Assembly: GCF_001194135.2 (NCBI RefSeq) | Contig: NC_068993.1 | Span: forward strand, 56,797,594-56,851,764 | Direction of reading: 5' to 3' | Source: Octopus bimaculoides | Lineage: Eukaryota | DNA: 54,171 bases | Position numbers and translations under genes: made by a program | The notes under the pieces: model-generated | Databases searched by the model: none | Seen by the model: the letters and a program-made list of their open reading frames with translations, nothing else | Told to the model about the DNA's origin: nothing | Shown here: positions 25,787-36,904 of the stretch, one piece after another | Numbering within the stretch: the stretch's first letter is position 1 | Layout: the number at the start of each line of letters is the position of its first letter

Positions 25787-26150
25787 AGTGGTTAGGACAG
25801 CGGACTCGCGGTCATAGAATCGTGGTTTCGATTCCCAGACCGGGCGTTGTGAGTGTTTATTCAGCGAAAACACCTGAAGCTCCACGAGGCTCCGGCAGGG
25901 GATGGTGGCGAACCCTGCTGTAATCTTTCACCACAAATTTCTCTCACTCTTACTTCCTGTTTTCTGTTGTGGCTGTAATTCAAAGGGTCAGCCTTGTCGC
26001 ACTGTGTCACGCTGAATATCCCCGAGAACTACGTTAAGAGTACACGTGTCTGTGGGGTGCTCAGCCACTTGCACGTTAATTTCACGAGCAGGCTGTTCCG
26101 TTGATCGAATCAACTGGAAACCTCGTCGTCGTAAGCGACGGAGTGCCAAG
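25787..26150 (+). mobile_element. SINE family C, slightly 5'-truncated, flanked by (TACA/TACG)n arrays (25676-25780; 26156-26418)
   Basis: agtggttaggacagcggactcgcggtcatagaatcgtggtttcgattcccagaccgggcg...gttccgttgatcgaatcaactggaaacctcgtcgtcgtaagcgacggagtgcca. Confidence 0.93.
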
Positions 26151-26377
26151 AAGAACATACATACATGTATACATACTTACATACGTACGTACGTACATAC
26201 GTACGTACGTACATACATGCATCCGTGCATACATACGTGCATACATACATACATAGATACGTACATACATACATACGTACATACTTACATACATACGTAC
26301 CTACATACGTATATACATACATACCTACCTACATAGTACATATATATATATATACACATATATACATACGTACATAA

Positions 26378-26418
<41 letters not shown>

Positions 26419-26939
26419 NNNNNNNNNNNNNNNNNNNNNNNNNNNNNNNNNNNNNNNNNNNNNNNNNNNNNNNNNNNNNNNNNNNNNNNNNNNNNNNNNN
26501 NNNNNNNNNNNNNNNNNNNNNNNNNNNNNNNNNNNNNNNNNNNNNNNNNNNNNNNNNNNNNNNNNNNNNNNNNNNNNNNNNNNNNNNNNNNNNNNNNNNN
26601 NNNNNNNNNNNNNNNNNNNNNNNNNNNNNNNNNNNNNNNNNNNNNNNNNNNNNNNNNNNNNNNNNNNNNNNNNNNNNNNNNNNNNNNNNNNNNNNNNNNN
26701 NNNNNNNNNNNNNNNNNNNNNNNNNNNNNNNNNNNNNNNNNNNNNNNNNNNNNNNNNNNNNNNNNNNNNNNNNNNNNNNNNNNNNNNNNNNNNNNNNNNN
26801 NNNNNNNNNNNNNNNNNNNNNNNNNNNNNNNNNNNNNNNNNNNNNNNNNNNNNNNNNNNNNNNNNNNNNNNNNNNNNNNNNNNNNNNNNNNNNNNNNNNN
26901 NNTAAAGAGTGATAGAAAATGTCTTCGCCAGACGATACA

Positions 26940-27036
26940 GTGAATCTAATCAAACCCAATACATGATTGGTACTTATTTCACCATCTGTTGGATAAAGGA
27001 AAACAAATTCAGCCAAAGTGAAGTTCGAAATCAAAA
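26940..27036 (-). mobile_element. old SINE family B fragment
   Basis: ttggtacttatttc...aaaggaaaacaaattcagccaaagtgaagttcgaaatc is a diverged reverse copy of the B core. Confidence 0.55.
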
Positions 27037-27074
27037 TGGAGAGTGACGAAAAGGGAGGAGATGTGACTAAATAT

Positions 27075-27486
27075 CCCTTTCTATTCTCGGCACAATGCTC
27101 GAAAGTTTAGATCGACCCCAGTGCATAACTGGTACTTAATTTATCGACACCGAAAGGATGAAAGGCTAAGTCGACGTCGGCGGAATTTGAACTCGGAGCG
27201 TAAAGACAGACGAAATACCGTTAAGCGTTTCGCTGGACGCACTAATGTTTCATATCTCTTTATTGCCCACAATGGGGCTAAACATAGAGGGGACAAACAA
27301 GGACAGACAAAGGGATTGTGTCGATTACATCGACACCAGTGGGTAACTGGTACTTAATTTATAGACCCCGAATGGATGAAAGGCAAAGTCGACTTCGGCG
27401 GAATTTGAACTCAGAACGTAGCGGCAGACGAAATACCGCTAGGCATTTCGCCCGGCGTGCTAACGTTCCTGCCAGCTCGTCGCCTT
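27075..27486 (-). mobile_element. dimeric SINE family B with 15-bp target-site duplication
   Basis: Two tandem B units on minus; identical gatgtgactaaatat at 27060-27074 and 27487-27501. Confidence 0.93.
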
Positions 27487-27597
27487 GATGTGACTAAATA
27501 TTACAAGCTTTATGTCGCTCATACAGTATGCATACAGCTGATACTATTAAAGAAATAAGATCGTCTGTTGTATGGTGTAATTTTTTTTCAACAGTAA

Positions 27598-28852
27598 GCA
27601 CAAAGTCTGAAATTTTGAGAGAGGAAGCTGGTCGGTAAACATCAACACCATTGCTCAATTTGTAGTTATATTATCGATTCCGAAAGAACGAGAGGTAAAG
27701 TCGACCTCGGCGGAATTAGAATTCAGAACGTAAAACCGAAAGAAATATCATTAAGTATCGTGTTAGGCGAACTAACGATTCTATCAGCTCGCCGCCTTAG
27801 AATAGTAACTATATTAACCATCAAAAATAATAGTTTTACTAATACATTAATGTCGACAAAATCGATTACAGTCACCAATGTTTACTACTATAACCAACAA
27901 TACTTACTACAATAGCCATAAATACTAAATATCATAGTTATCTTTGAGACTATAACTATTAGTATAGTCAGTATTAACGTTTATAAATGTTAGTATTCGC
28001 GGCTGTAGTAATAAGTGTTGGTGGCTGCAGGAGTTAGTAACACTGGTTATTGTTAATTAATATTAATTTCAAATTTTGACACAAGGCCAGCAGTTTCATA
28101 GGAGGGCATCGATCCCGGGGCTTGACTGGTACTTGATTTATCGACCCCGAAACGATGAAAGACAAAGTCGACCTCGGCGGAATTTTAACGCAGAACGTGA
28201 ACGCAGCGGGTGAAATACCGCTAAGCATTTTCCCCGGCGTGCTAACGATTCTGTCAGCTCGCTGACTCAACTAGTTAATTAACATTGATGGCTGTAATTG
28301 TAAGTATTGTTGATTAAAGTCGATACTGAATAAAATAGTTAATTAATATTATTGGTTATCGTAATTATTATCGTTGACCATTGCAATTAGAAATAGTAAC
28401 ACTGGTTTCAAATTTTGGCACAAGGCCAGCAATTTCGAGCAGAGTGTAAGTCAGTTATTACACCGACCCAAGTGCTCAACTGGTACTTATTTTATCGGCC
28501 CCGAAGGGAAGAAAAGCAAAGTCGACCTCGGCGGAATTTGAACTCAGAACGTAAAGACGGACGAAACGTCGCTAAGCATTTTGTCCAACGTGCTAACGAC
28601 CCTGCCAGCACTCCGTCTAGTTAGTCGTAATATTGGTTTCAAATTTTGGCACAAGGCCAGCAATTTCAGAGAAAGGCTTCAGTCGAATACTTCGATTCCA
28701 GTGTTCAAATTGGTACATTATTTTATCAACCCCGAAGTGATGAATGGCAAAGTCGACCCCGGAGGTAATTGAGCTCAGAACGTAAAGTCGGAAGAAAAGC
28801 AAAAAAAAAAAAGCATTTTGTCCGGTGCAATAATGATTCTTCAATTTTGCCG
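27598..28852 (-). mobile_element. four SINE family B monomers (27598-27798, 28065-28266, 28401-28618, 28631-28852)
   Basis: Each contains aaagtcgacctcggcggaatt(t)gaactcagaacgt and a (g)gcacaaggccagcaatttc tail in reverse. Confidence 0.9.
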
Positions 28853-28968
28853 ACATGTTAGTAGAACTAATATTGATGATTGTAATACAGAACATCGTTG
28901 AATACAGAAATTAGTTCTGCTTTTTAGAATAGTCACTTCTAGCGTTTATTGTAATTAGTATTAATAGA

Positions 28969-29398
28969 GCGGTGAGCTGGCAGAATCGTTAGCACGTGGG
29001 GCGAAATGCTTAGCGGTATTTCGTCTGCTGTTACGTTCTGAGTTCAAATTCCGCCAAGGTCGACTTCGCCTTTCATCCTTTCGGGGTCGATAAATTAAGT
29101 CCCAGTTACGCACTGGGGTCGATGTGATCGACTTCATCCCTTTGTCTGTCCTTGTTTGTCCCTTCTATGTTTAGCACCCTGTGGGCAATAAAAAAATAAG
29201 AATCGTTGGCGCGACGGACGACCTACTTAGCGACGTTTCGTCCGCCATTACGTTCTGAGTTCAAATTCCGCCGAGGTCGACTTTGTCTTTCGCCCTTTCC
29301 GGGTTGATAAAAAAAGTTCCAGTTGAGTTCTGGGGTCGATGTAATAGATTTACTCCTTCTCCCGAAATTGCTGGCCTTGTGACAAAATTTGAAATCAA
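28969..29398 (+). mobile_element. dimeric SINE family B
   Basis: Head gcggtgagctggcagaatcgttagc; first-unit tail tccctttgtctgtccttgtttgtc...aataaaaaaataagaa joined to a second unit at tcgttggc. Confidence 0.92.
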
Positions 29399-29769
29399 TC
29401 AATACTGATGACAGTAATAGAGAGTATCATTGATTACAGAAACTAGTCCTGTGTGGGAAGATTTAGCTGCTATATCTAGCAACTTGAGCGACCACGTAGC
29501 ACCTCTCTTGCTGATTCAAGGCGTCTATAGCAGTTAGTATTAATAGGGTAAATAATTTAACTGCTTTAGTCGTTAATATTTGCATCTATTGTTCTTAGCT
29601 TTCATCTGCACAGAAGTCTGTATTGATCGGGATATCGTTTAGTATTTGCGTTTATAGTAATCACTTATTGTGTCTATATTAGTTTGCATCGTTAGTGGTT
29701 CTAACAGTGAATAGAGTATTTCGTACTGGAGGCATGATTAGTCACTAATTACGATTAAAGTGCTTAGAA

Positions 29770-29970
29770 AAGGCGGCGACCAGGCAAAGTTTTTGTCACG
29801 CCAGGCAAAATGCTAACGATATTTCGCTGGTCTTTACGTTCTGAGGTCGACTCTGCTCTTTCGTCCTTTCGGGATCAATAAAATAAGTATCAGTTGAACA
29901 ATAGGGTCGACCTAATCGACTTAGACCCTTCCCCGAAATTCCTGGCCTTTTGCCAAAACTTGGAACCATG
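29770..29970 (+). mobile_element. diverged SINE family B monomer
   Basis: aggcggcgaccaggcaaag...ttctgaggtcgactctgctctttcgtcctttcggg...ccccgaaattcctggccttttgccaaaacttggaacc. Confidence 0.8.
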
Positions 29971-30989
29971 ATTAAAATGCTTAGAGTTCGTGGATAGTAC
30001 AGTTATTAATTGTGATTAATGTTGTTTGCAGTTGTCACTGTAGCTGACAGTATATATATATATATATATNNNNNNNNNNNNNNNNNNNNNNNNNNNNNNN
30101 NNNNNNNNNNNNNNNNNNNNNNNNNNNNNNNNNNNNNNNNNNNNNNNNNNNNNNNNNNNNNNNNNNNNNNNNNNNNNNNNNNNNNNNNNNNNNNNNNNNN
30201 NNNNNNNNNNNNNNNNNNNNNNNNNNNNNNNNNNNNNNNNNNNNNNNNNNNNNNNNNNNNNNNNNNNNNNNNNNNNNNNNNNNNNNNNNNNNNNNNNNNN
30301 NNNNNNNNNNNNNNNNNNNNNNNNNNNNNNNNNNNNNNNNNNNNNNNNNNNNNNNNNNNNNNNNNNNNNNNNNNNNNNNNNNNNNNNNNNNNNNNNNNNN
30401 NNNNNNNNNNNNNNNNNNNNNNNNNNNNNNNNNNNNNNNNNNNNNNNNNNNNNNNNNNNNNNNNNNNNNNNNNNNNNNNNNNNNNNNNNNNNNNNNNNNN
30501 NNNNNNNNNNNNNNNNNNNNNNNNNNNNNNNNNNNNNNNNNNNNNNNNNNNNNNNNNNNNNNNNNNNNNNNNNNNNNNNNNNNNNNNNNNNNNNNNNNNN
30601 NNNNNNNNNNNNNNNNNNNNNNNNNNNNNNNNNNNNNNNNNNNNNNNNNNNNNNNNNNNNNNNNNNNNNNNNNNNNNNNNNNNNNNNNNNNNNNNNNNNN
30701 NNNNNNNNNNNNNNNNNNNNNNNNNNNNNNNNNNNNNNNNNNNNNNNNNNNNNNNNNNNNNNNNNNNNNNNNNNNNNNNNNNNNNNNNNNNNNNNNNNNN
30801 NNNNNNNNNNNNNNNNNNNNNNNNNNNNNNNNNNNNNNNNNNNTATCTGTTATGGCCATTTGCTTCGTTTCACAATATAGCTATTTTATTTACGGTTATT
30901 GTGGTGACATGAGGAGCGATAGTACTATTGTTGTTGCTGTTGTTGTTGTTGATGTTCTTACTCTATATAGAATTTTACTGTTAGTATTG

Positions 30990-31560
30990 TGGCTTCTCTA
31001 GGATACAAATGTTGACCATTTTCTTTTTTTTGATTTTTATGGTGTATTTTTTATATTGTTATGTCCTGGTTTATTTGCTCGAGGCTTGGTTTTTATTTCG
31101 TTTCTGTTGATTTTGGTGACTTGTGTTTGAAGTTGCGCTTGGCTTTTATGAGGTTGGCTATTTCTGTAAATTTTTTTTTTATGGTGTCTTGAAGGATATG
31201 AGTTTAGATGCGTCTATAATTATTTTGTTGGATGCATGTACTTCAGAGTTAATTGTGTTGGTTGTAGAGTAGTTAAATTCTGGTGTTGATGATTAGTTTT
31301 CTTGGTGGGACTCGTTCTACTGTATCGCTTGAAGTTAGTAAAAATAGTTTTGTTTACTGCGTGTTTGTGAGGGTAACTGTTAAGTGGTTCTAGGAATTGT
31401 TTGCAAAATGATCGTTGTTGTTTAGCTTGGTGCGTGGAGCAGAAGGCAGTAGTTGGAGAAGTGTGGTTGCAAACGACTTGAGAAGATATGCGGTTGTTGG
31501 TTGAGACTGTTTGGATGTAAAGAGAGTCTAGTTGTAATAATATTTTGATGCTACTTTTGT
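30990..31560 (-). mobile_element. decayed LINE ORF2 fragment (endonuclease C-terminus/linker, I/Jockey-like)
   Basis: Minus strand with frameshifts: ..PRTKLNNN..(C)KQFLEPL...EIANLIKAKRNFK..QVTKINRNEIKT..LEQINQDIT..KIHHKNQK.KWSTFVS, resembling the KANW.F..L and LIK.KR..RR...K...W..F..L helices after the APE domain. Recognition is from memory. Confidence 0.45.
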
Positions 31561-31687
31561 TATCTGTATTACTTGAAAACGTGGAGGCGTGTAGCGCATT
31601 GTAAATTTCATTAATAATGGAATTTATATGAACGTTAAAATATTATAGTTGAGGTGTGTAACCACGTAGGACAGTGGGTGATTGCGG

Positions 31688-31740
<53 letters not shown>

Positions 31741-31743
<3 letters not shown>

Positions 31744-31886
31744 TCTTTTACTTGTTTCAGTCATTTGACTGCGGCCATGCTGGAGCACCGCCTTTAGTCG
31801 AGCAAATCGATCCCAGGGCTTATTCTTTGTAAGCCTAGTACTTATTCTATCGTTCTCTTTTGCCGAACCGCTAAGTTACGGGGACA
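31741..31886 (-). mobile_element. 5'-truncated SINE family A (tail half) next to (TA)n
   Basis: tactcttttacttgtttcagtcatttgactgcggccatgctggagcaccgcctttagtcgagc...ctaagttacggggac. Confidence 0.92.
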
Positions 31887-31905
31887 TTGCTTGTGCAGCG
31901 GCCAT

Positions 31906-32005
31906 ACTTACACTGTAAAGCCAGAACGAAAAATGGCGCGATCAAGCTCAAACTTCGATCACGGGACCACGATAGTACCAACTATAAGTACGCATGCGCA
32001 GAAAT
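31906..32005 (-). promoter_or_regulatory. candidate CpG-rich promoter/first exon (NRF1-like, YY1-like sites, GTAAGT donor)
   Basis: TACGCATGCGCA 31989-32000, AAAATGGCG 31930-31938, minus-strand GTAAGT donor at 31911-31906. Motif evidence only. Confidence 0.3.
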
Positions 32006-32816
32006 CAGAGTGACAATAATAAAGATCTGTTATAGCGAAAGTGCAGATAATTTTTGACTTCCCCTCGTATATAGTTGAGAGAAGGGAAACTAGATAGTAT
32101 TGGTGTCTACATATACTTAGTATAGGAACCTCTCATAATTAGATAATTAGTATTATTAGCTATAATAGCTACGATAATGGCTACTGTTGCTGGCTATGAT
32201 AATTGGTATTCTTGCCTACAGTTAGTCTTTTGGCTGAAGCAGTTATCACTGGCGACTATACACTACACAGAAGGCTAAATTGCTCAATATTAGCACAGAT
32301 GCTATAAATTTCGGATGAACGAGGGCCGCAACACATAAACAAATTTCATACACAATTTTATTATTGCAAATATAATTTACATGAAAAGTTATATAAATAT
32401 TAAAATATATTCGTTTGTAATAATGTTTATTCATGTAGGTTTTTTAAAGTTTATAGTTTGTATTAGTTTCAGTAAACACGAAATATATTTATATACTAAG
32501 TGTTTTCAGAATTTTGACTGCTGATTATTTTAACTATTTTGAGCGTGTTTAGTATGGTAATGGACTGCAGGAACATCTAATATCGGAATTTGCATTTCAG
32601 TAACATAAAATTAGCCTGCCAAAAATAAAAGCAAAAGCGGTGACAAGGAAAGAACGTTTTTAAAGATATTTATTTCTTCGTAAATATCTGGACGAAACAT
32701 GGCGGAAAATAAGTAGAACGACAAAATGAAACAAAAACCAGATACAAATGTAAGGAAATTGAAGATATTTTGAATACGTACCACCTTGGAAAATTACAGT
32801 CTTATCATAATATTTC

Positions 32817-34817
32817 TCATGACAACCAGACAGTGCTACAATTATCAAGCTAATGCAAATGCTAATTACTGCAAGTAGAATTATGTGGAATCTTCATTTT
32901 GACTTAGAATCGAAGAAGTTCCAACCGTTATGTTGTCAACTTTCTGCAAAATTATTGTAGCAAATGTTTATTTGTAAATTTTACACTTCATTACAGTTTT
33001 CAGTGATTCACAGCAATATATTTCACTAAAAATTGTGACAAGTCACACATTATGTTCGTTAGTTTAGGAAATTTTTTCTCTGGAATTTGTTTCCAGAATT
33101 GAATGGTAGACAGGGAATTGTGGTTCGATTTTAAGCCCAGGCTCTCCTGTAAATTCATTTGCTCCATGTCCATAGCAGGTGATTCTGTAACCGAAGGTTC
33201 AAGAACTGGGCAACCACGTTTCACTGTATCAATCATAAAAATATTTACAAGAAACTTAAAGCAGAGGTATCAGTCTTGAAAGTCATTAAATCTGGTTTGG
33301 AAATTTCCAAGTAGTCCTTGTATTTTGCCATTGTGTTATTCCAGTTTGTAACCTTTCAATTTCAGCATCAGAGAATACATATGCTCCTCCCCTGATGTGA
33401 TTAAGGAAGTGAGGTTTGTTGACAATATGTCTCACTGAAAAATTCCTATTATATTCTGGAAGCTGAAAATTATCCGAGTAAGATCATAAACAATCATAGG
33501 CTTCCCTCGAATAATGAAGTTGAGAGTTTGTAGATGATTTATTATATCAGTAAGGAACATCAGTCCATGTATTCATTTAACATTCTCCAGTTGAAGATAG
33601 GATCTTTTCTTTCAGAAAAATAATAATAGGCTAATAATATACTCAAAAGGATCCACAAACGTACTTAAGGAATTTCTGTTTGACAATCATCTTACATTGA
33701 AGTAGAAGATATCACATGGTTTATCTTTAAGCTTCAGTCGTTCAATAACAGCTCGTAAATGAGAAGGCGGGCTTTCTCATTTAAGTTTATGAACTTGACA
33801 AAATCAAGGAAAGATTTCATAATCAACTAATTATACACTAAACAGATTTCATTCTTCGGAGTGTATTGTGCAAAAATATTTAACTTGCATCATACAACCG
33901 GATAGAGAAGATTTCATAGAAAATTATACTTGGAGTATTTGGCTGCCATTTATTCACGACGCATAATGGAAAGAACTAGGATAAATTGTGGAAAAAATGT
34001 TCATAAATGCAATTAAACTTGTGTTTCCTCCTACCATCGCAGGGTTTGCATTTGTTGTAACACTAACGAGTTTTATTCAATGGAATATCAACATTTGTTA
34101 AGGCTCTGTTGAGTGTATTTATAATGCAAACATTACGAGTTGCTTCTTTTAGTATCACCAGCTCCAACATCTCTTCTTCTTACAGTTGCATCAAAGGAAA
34201 CATTACGAACAAAATTTGTCAGTTACGGGGGGTTATCTTGTATGCCTGGAGATTCACCAGGGGCTAAGACGACTACAAAGTATTTCTTTAAAACATTTTG
34301 CCTTCTTGCTTGCATCCTCAGGGAGATAGGCTTCTTTATAGTGTGACGTGAAACTGCTGTTTGTGTTATTAGTCGACGAAATTTTGTGCTTTTTTGATGT
34401 AATATTTCAACAACTTCGGCCATATTCCTCTTATCAAACTCGTTCTTAGAATATATGCGTTTAGCAAGAGTGATATTTCATGACATAAAACCTACTCCAT
34501 TCACTATGTCGGTTTCCTTTACTGAACGTTGTCAACAGTATCTAATGGCAATTTAATGATGATTTGAGTCACGACAACTTGTTTACCCTGAGGTTTGATT
34601 TCAGTAGAAAATCATACGATAAGTTTTCGTAATTTGCTTCACAGTGACGTTTCAAGTTACAGGTTTTAGTAGGTGGCTCATGGCCAATGACTCACAGGGT
34701 TTTACCGTCATTAACGGTGAATGTATGAAAGAAAGATTTTTTCTTCCTACTATTGAGGCATAAAATTTCTGTTTTCGCCTTCATATTCTAGTATCTTACA
34801 GTTTTCTTTTCAGACAA
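32817..34817 (-). pseudogene. near full-length decayed hAT transposase (Buster/Charlie/SPIN group, GTF2IRD2-like)
   Basis: Collinear motifs on minus with stops and frameshifts: (M)SEKK..YEGENRNFMPQ; CNLKRHCEAN; AKRIYSKNEFDKRNMAEVVEIL..VSRHT; GESPGIQDNP (first D replaced by G); LVSVTTNANPAMVG (second D replaced by N); VR*LS (W lost); NHLQTLN; QFWKQIPEKKFPKL; EIYCCESL (catalytic E retained). Confidence 0.88.
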
Positions 34818-35378
34818 CACTTGTATTTCAAATGAACCATCTGGGCAGACAACATCCACCACCACCACCACCGTCGTAGATGATGACAACCATGACGATA
34901 ACCTTTTATATAAATATTTTAATGTTATTTCAATTTATTTCGGTCTAATAAATATTTAAGAAAGAAATGGCGGTTGATTTGGTCTTAAGCATCTTGCAAT
35001 TTATTTCAATCTTTTTCATAAATATTTAAAAGTTATTTCAACAAGTTTTTACGATTCCCTCTCTATGAATGAGGAGACTTATGATCAAAAGTATACCAGA
35101 AATGACCACCACGTCTTTTTCGTTAGTACAAGGAATTCAGGACCATAGTATTGAATGCGATCTCTTTAAGAAGTGATTTTGTGATTTCAGGGAGATTTGA
35201 TTGCGATTTTTACACGTTTGAGTTCCGACACAAAATGGTTTGGCTCCCTTATTGGTTCGTACAGGCTCTGTTGTGTTGTATGTGTTTGAAAGGCTGAAGG
35301 GAAGAGTTTCGCTGTCGGTGTGTGTGTGTGTGTGGTGGGTGGTGGTGGTTACATGTGTTAATAATTAGTGCAACATAA

Positions 35379-36445
35379 AGGTGGCGAGTTGGCAGGATCG
35401 GTAGCATGCCGAGCCAAATGCTTAACGACATTTCGTCCGTCTTTGCATTCTAAGTTCAAGTGTCACTGAGGTCGACTTTGTTTTTCATCATTTTTCGAGG
35501 TCGATAAAATAAGTACCAGTTGTGTACTGGGGTTGATGTAAGTATCTAGCATTGCTGGCTACAGCAGCTATTGGACATTAGAGTAAATTTATATTGGTTT
35601 CAAATTTTGGTACAAGGCTTGCAATTTCGGGTGAGGGAGTAAATAGATTACATCGACCTCCCCTCTGCTCAAATGGTACTTATTTTATCGACCCCAGTGC
35701 TTAACTGGTACTTATTTTATCGACCTCGAAAGGATGAAAGGCAAAGTTAACCTCGGGTTGCATTTGAACTCAGATGACAATAGTAATTAATATAATGACT
35801 ATGAGACAAGGCTGCGAGGTGGCAGAAACGTTAGCACGCCGGGCGAAATGCTTAGCGGTATTTCGTCTGCCGTTACGTTCTGAGTTCAAATTCCGCCGAA
35901 GTCGACTTTGCCTTTCATTGTTTCGGGGTCAATTAAATAAGTACCAATTACGCACTGGGGTCGATCTAATCGACTTAATCCCTTTGTCTGTCCTTGTTTG
36001 TCCCTTCTATGTTTAGCCCCTTGCGGGCAATAAAGACATAAGAATCACTTGATATCAATATTATGACTGATGGTGATAGACGATAGAATTGTTTGCTAGT
36101 GCGTATTGATGGTTTTAGTGGTTAGTATTGGCGGCTAAAATTAGAATTTATGGCTTTAGTTCTTAGCTTTAATGGCGGCTATACTAATGATTATTGTAAT
36201 TGATATTGATGGTTATAGTGTTAGCTATTAGTGGCTTTCGTAGTTAGTATTGATGGCTATCGTAGATTTTATACCTATTGCAGCTAATATTACCAACAAT
36301 AGTAAGGCGGTGAGCTGGTAGGATCGTTAGCACGACGGGCGAAATGCTCAGCGGTATTTCGTCTGTCTTTATGTTCTGAGTTCAAATTCCGCCGAGGTCG
36401 ACATTGCTTTTCATCCTTTCGAGTTCGATAAATTAGGCACCATTT
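35379..36445. mobile_element. SINE family B cluster: +35379-35545, -35593-35773, +35808-36044 (variant-tail monomer), +36304-36445
   Basis: B core gagttcaaattccgccgaggtcgac (or close variant/reverse complement) in each copy. Confidence 0.9.
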
Positions 36446-36548
36446 GCGTAATCTTGATCTTTACATTCAGAGTTTGAATCTCGATGGGGTCAATTTTGTT
36501 ATTGCATTATTTGAGGGGGGATAAAACAAGCTTCGTACTTGCATCAAT

Positions 36549-36852
36549 AGCGCGTGGTTTAGTGGTTAGTGTATTCAGCTTACGATCGTAAATTACCGAG
36601 TTCGATTCTTAGCGATGCATTATGTACTTAGGTAAGACACCTCAGTTCTTCTTGCTCCGATCTACTCAGCCGGCAAAAACGAGTAATTGTATCCGTAATT
36701 AAAAGGGCCTGTCTAGTCACTCTCTGTGTCACGTTGAATCTCACTGAGAACTATGTTAAGGATGCACGTGTCTGTGGAGTACTCAACCACTTGCATGTTA
36801 ATTTCTCTATCGGATCAACTGGAACACTTGTCGTCATCACCGACGGATTGCC
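36549..36852 (+). mobile_element. full-length diverged SINE family D
   Basis: gcgcgtggtttagtggttag...gagttcgattc (A/B boxes), CORE-like gtacttaggtaagacac, then the 3' module aaagggcc...cacgtgtctgtggagtactc...ggatcaactggaacacttgtcgtc. Confidence 0.85.
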
Positions 36853-36904
36853 AGGCTGACGTTCTGCCTTATTCAGAAACTATTATTTTCCTTCATCTAA
36901 ATGT

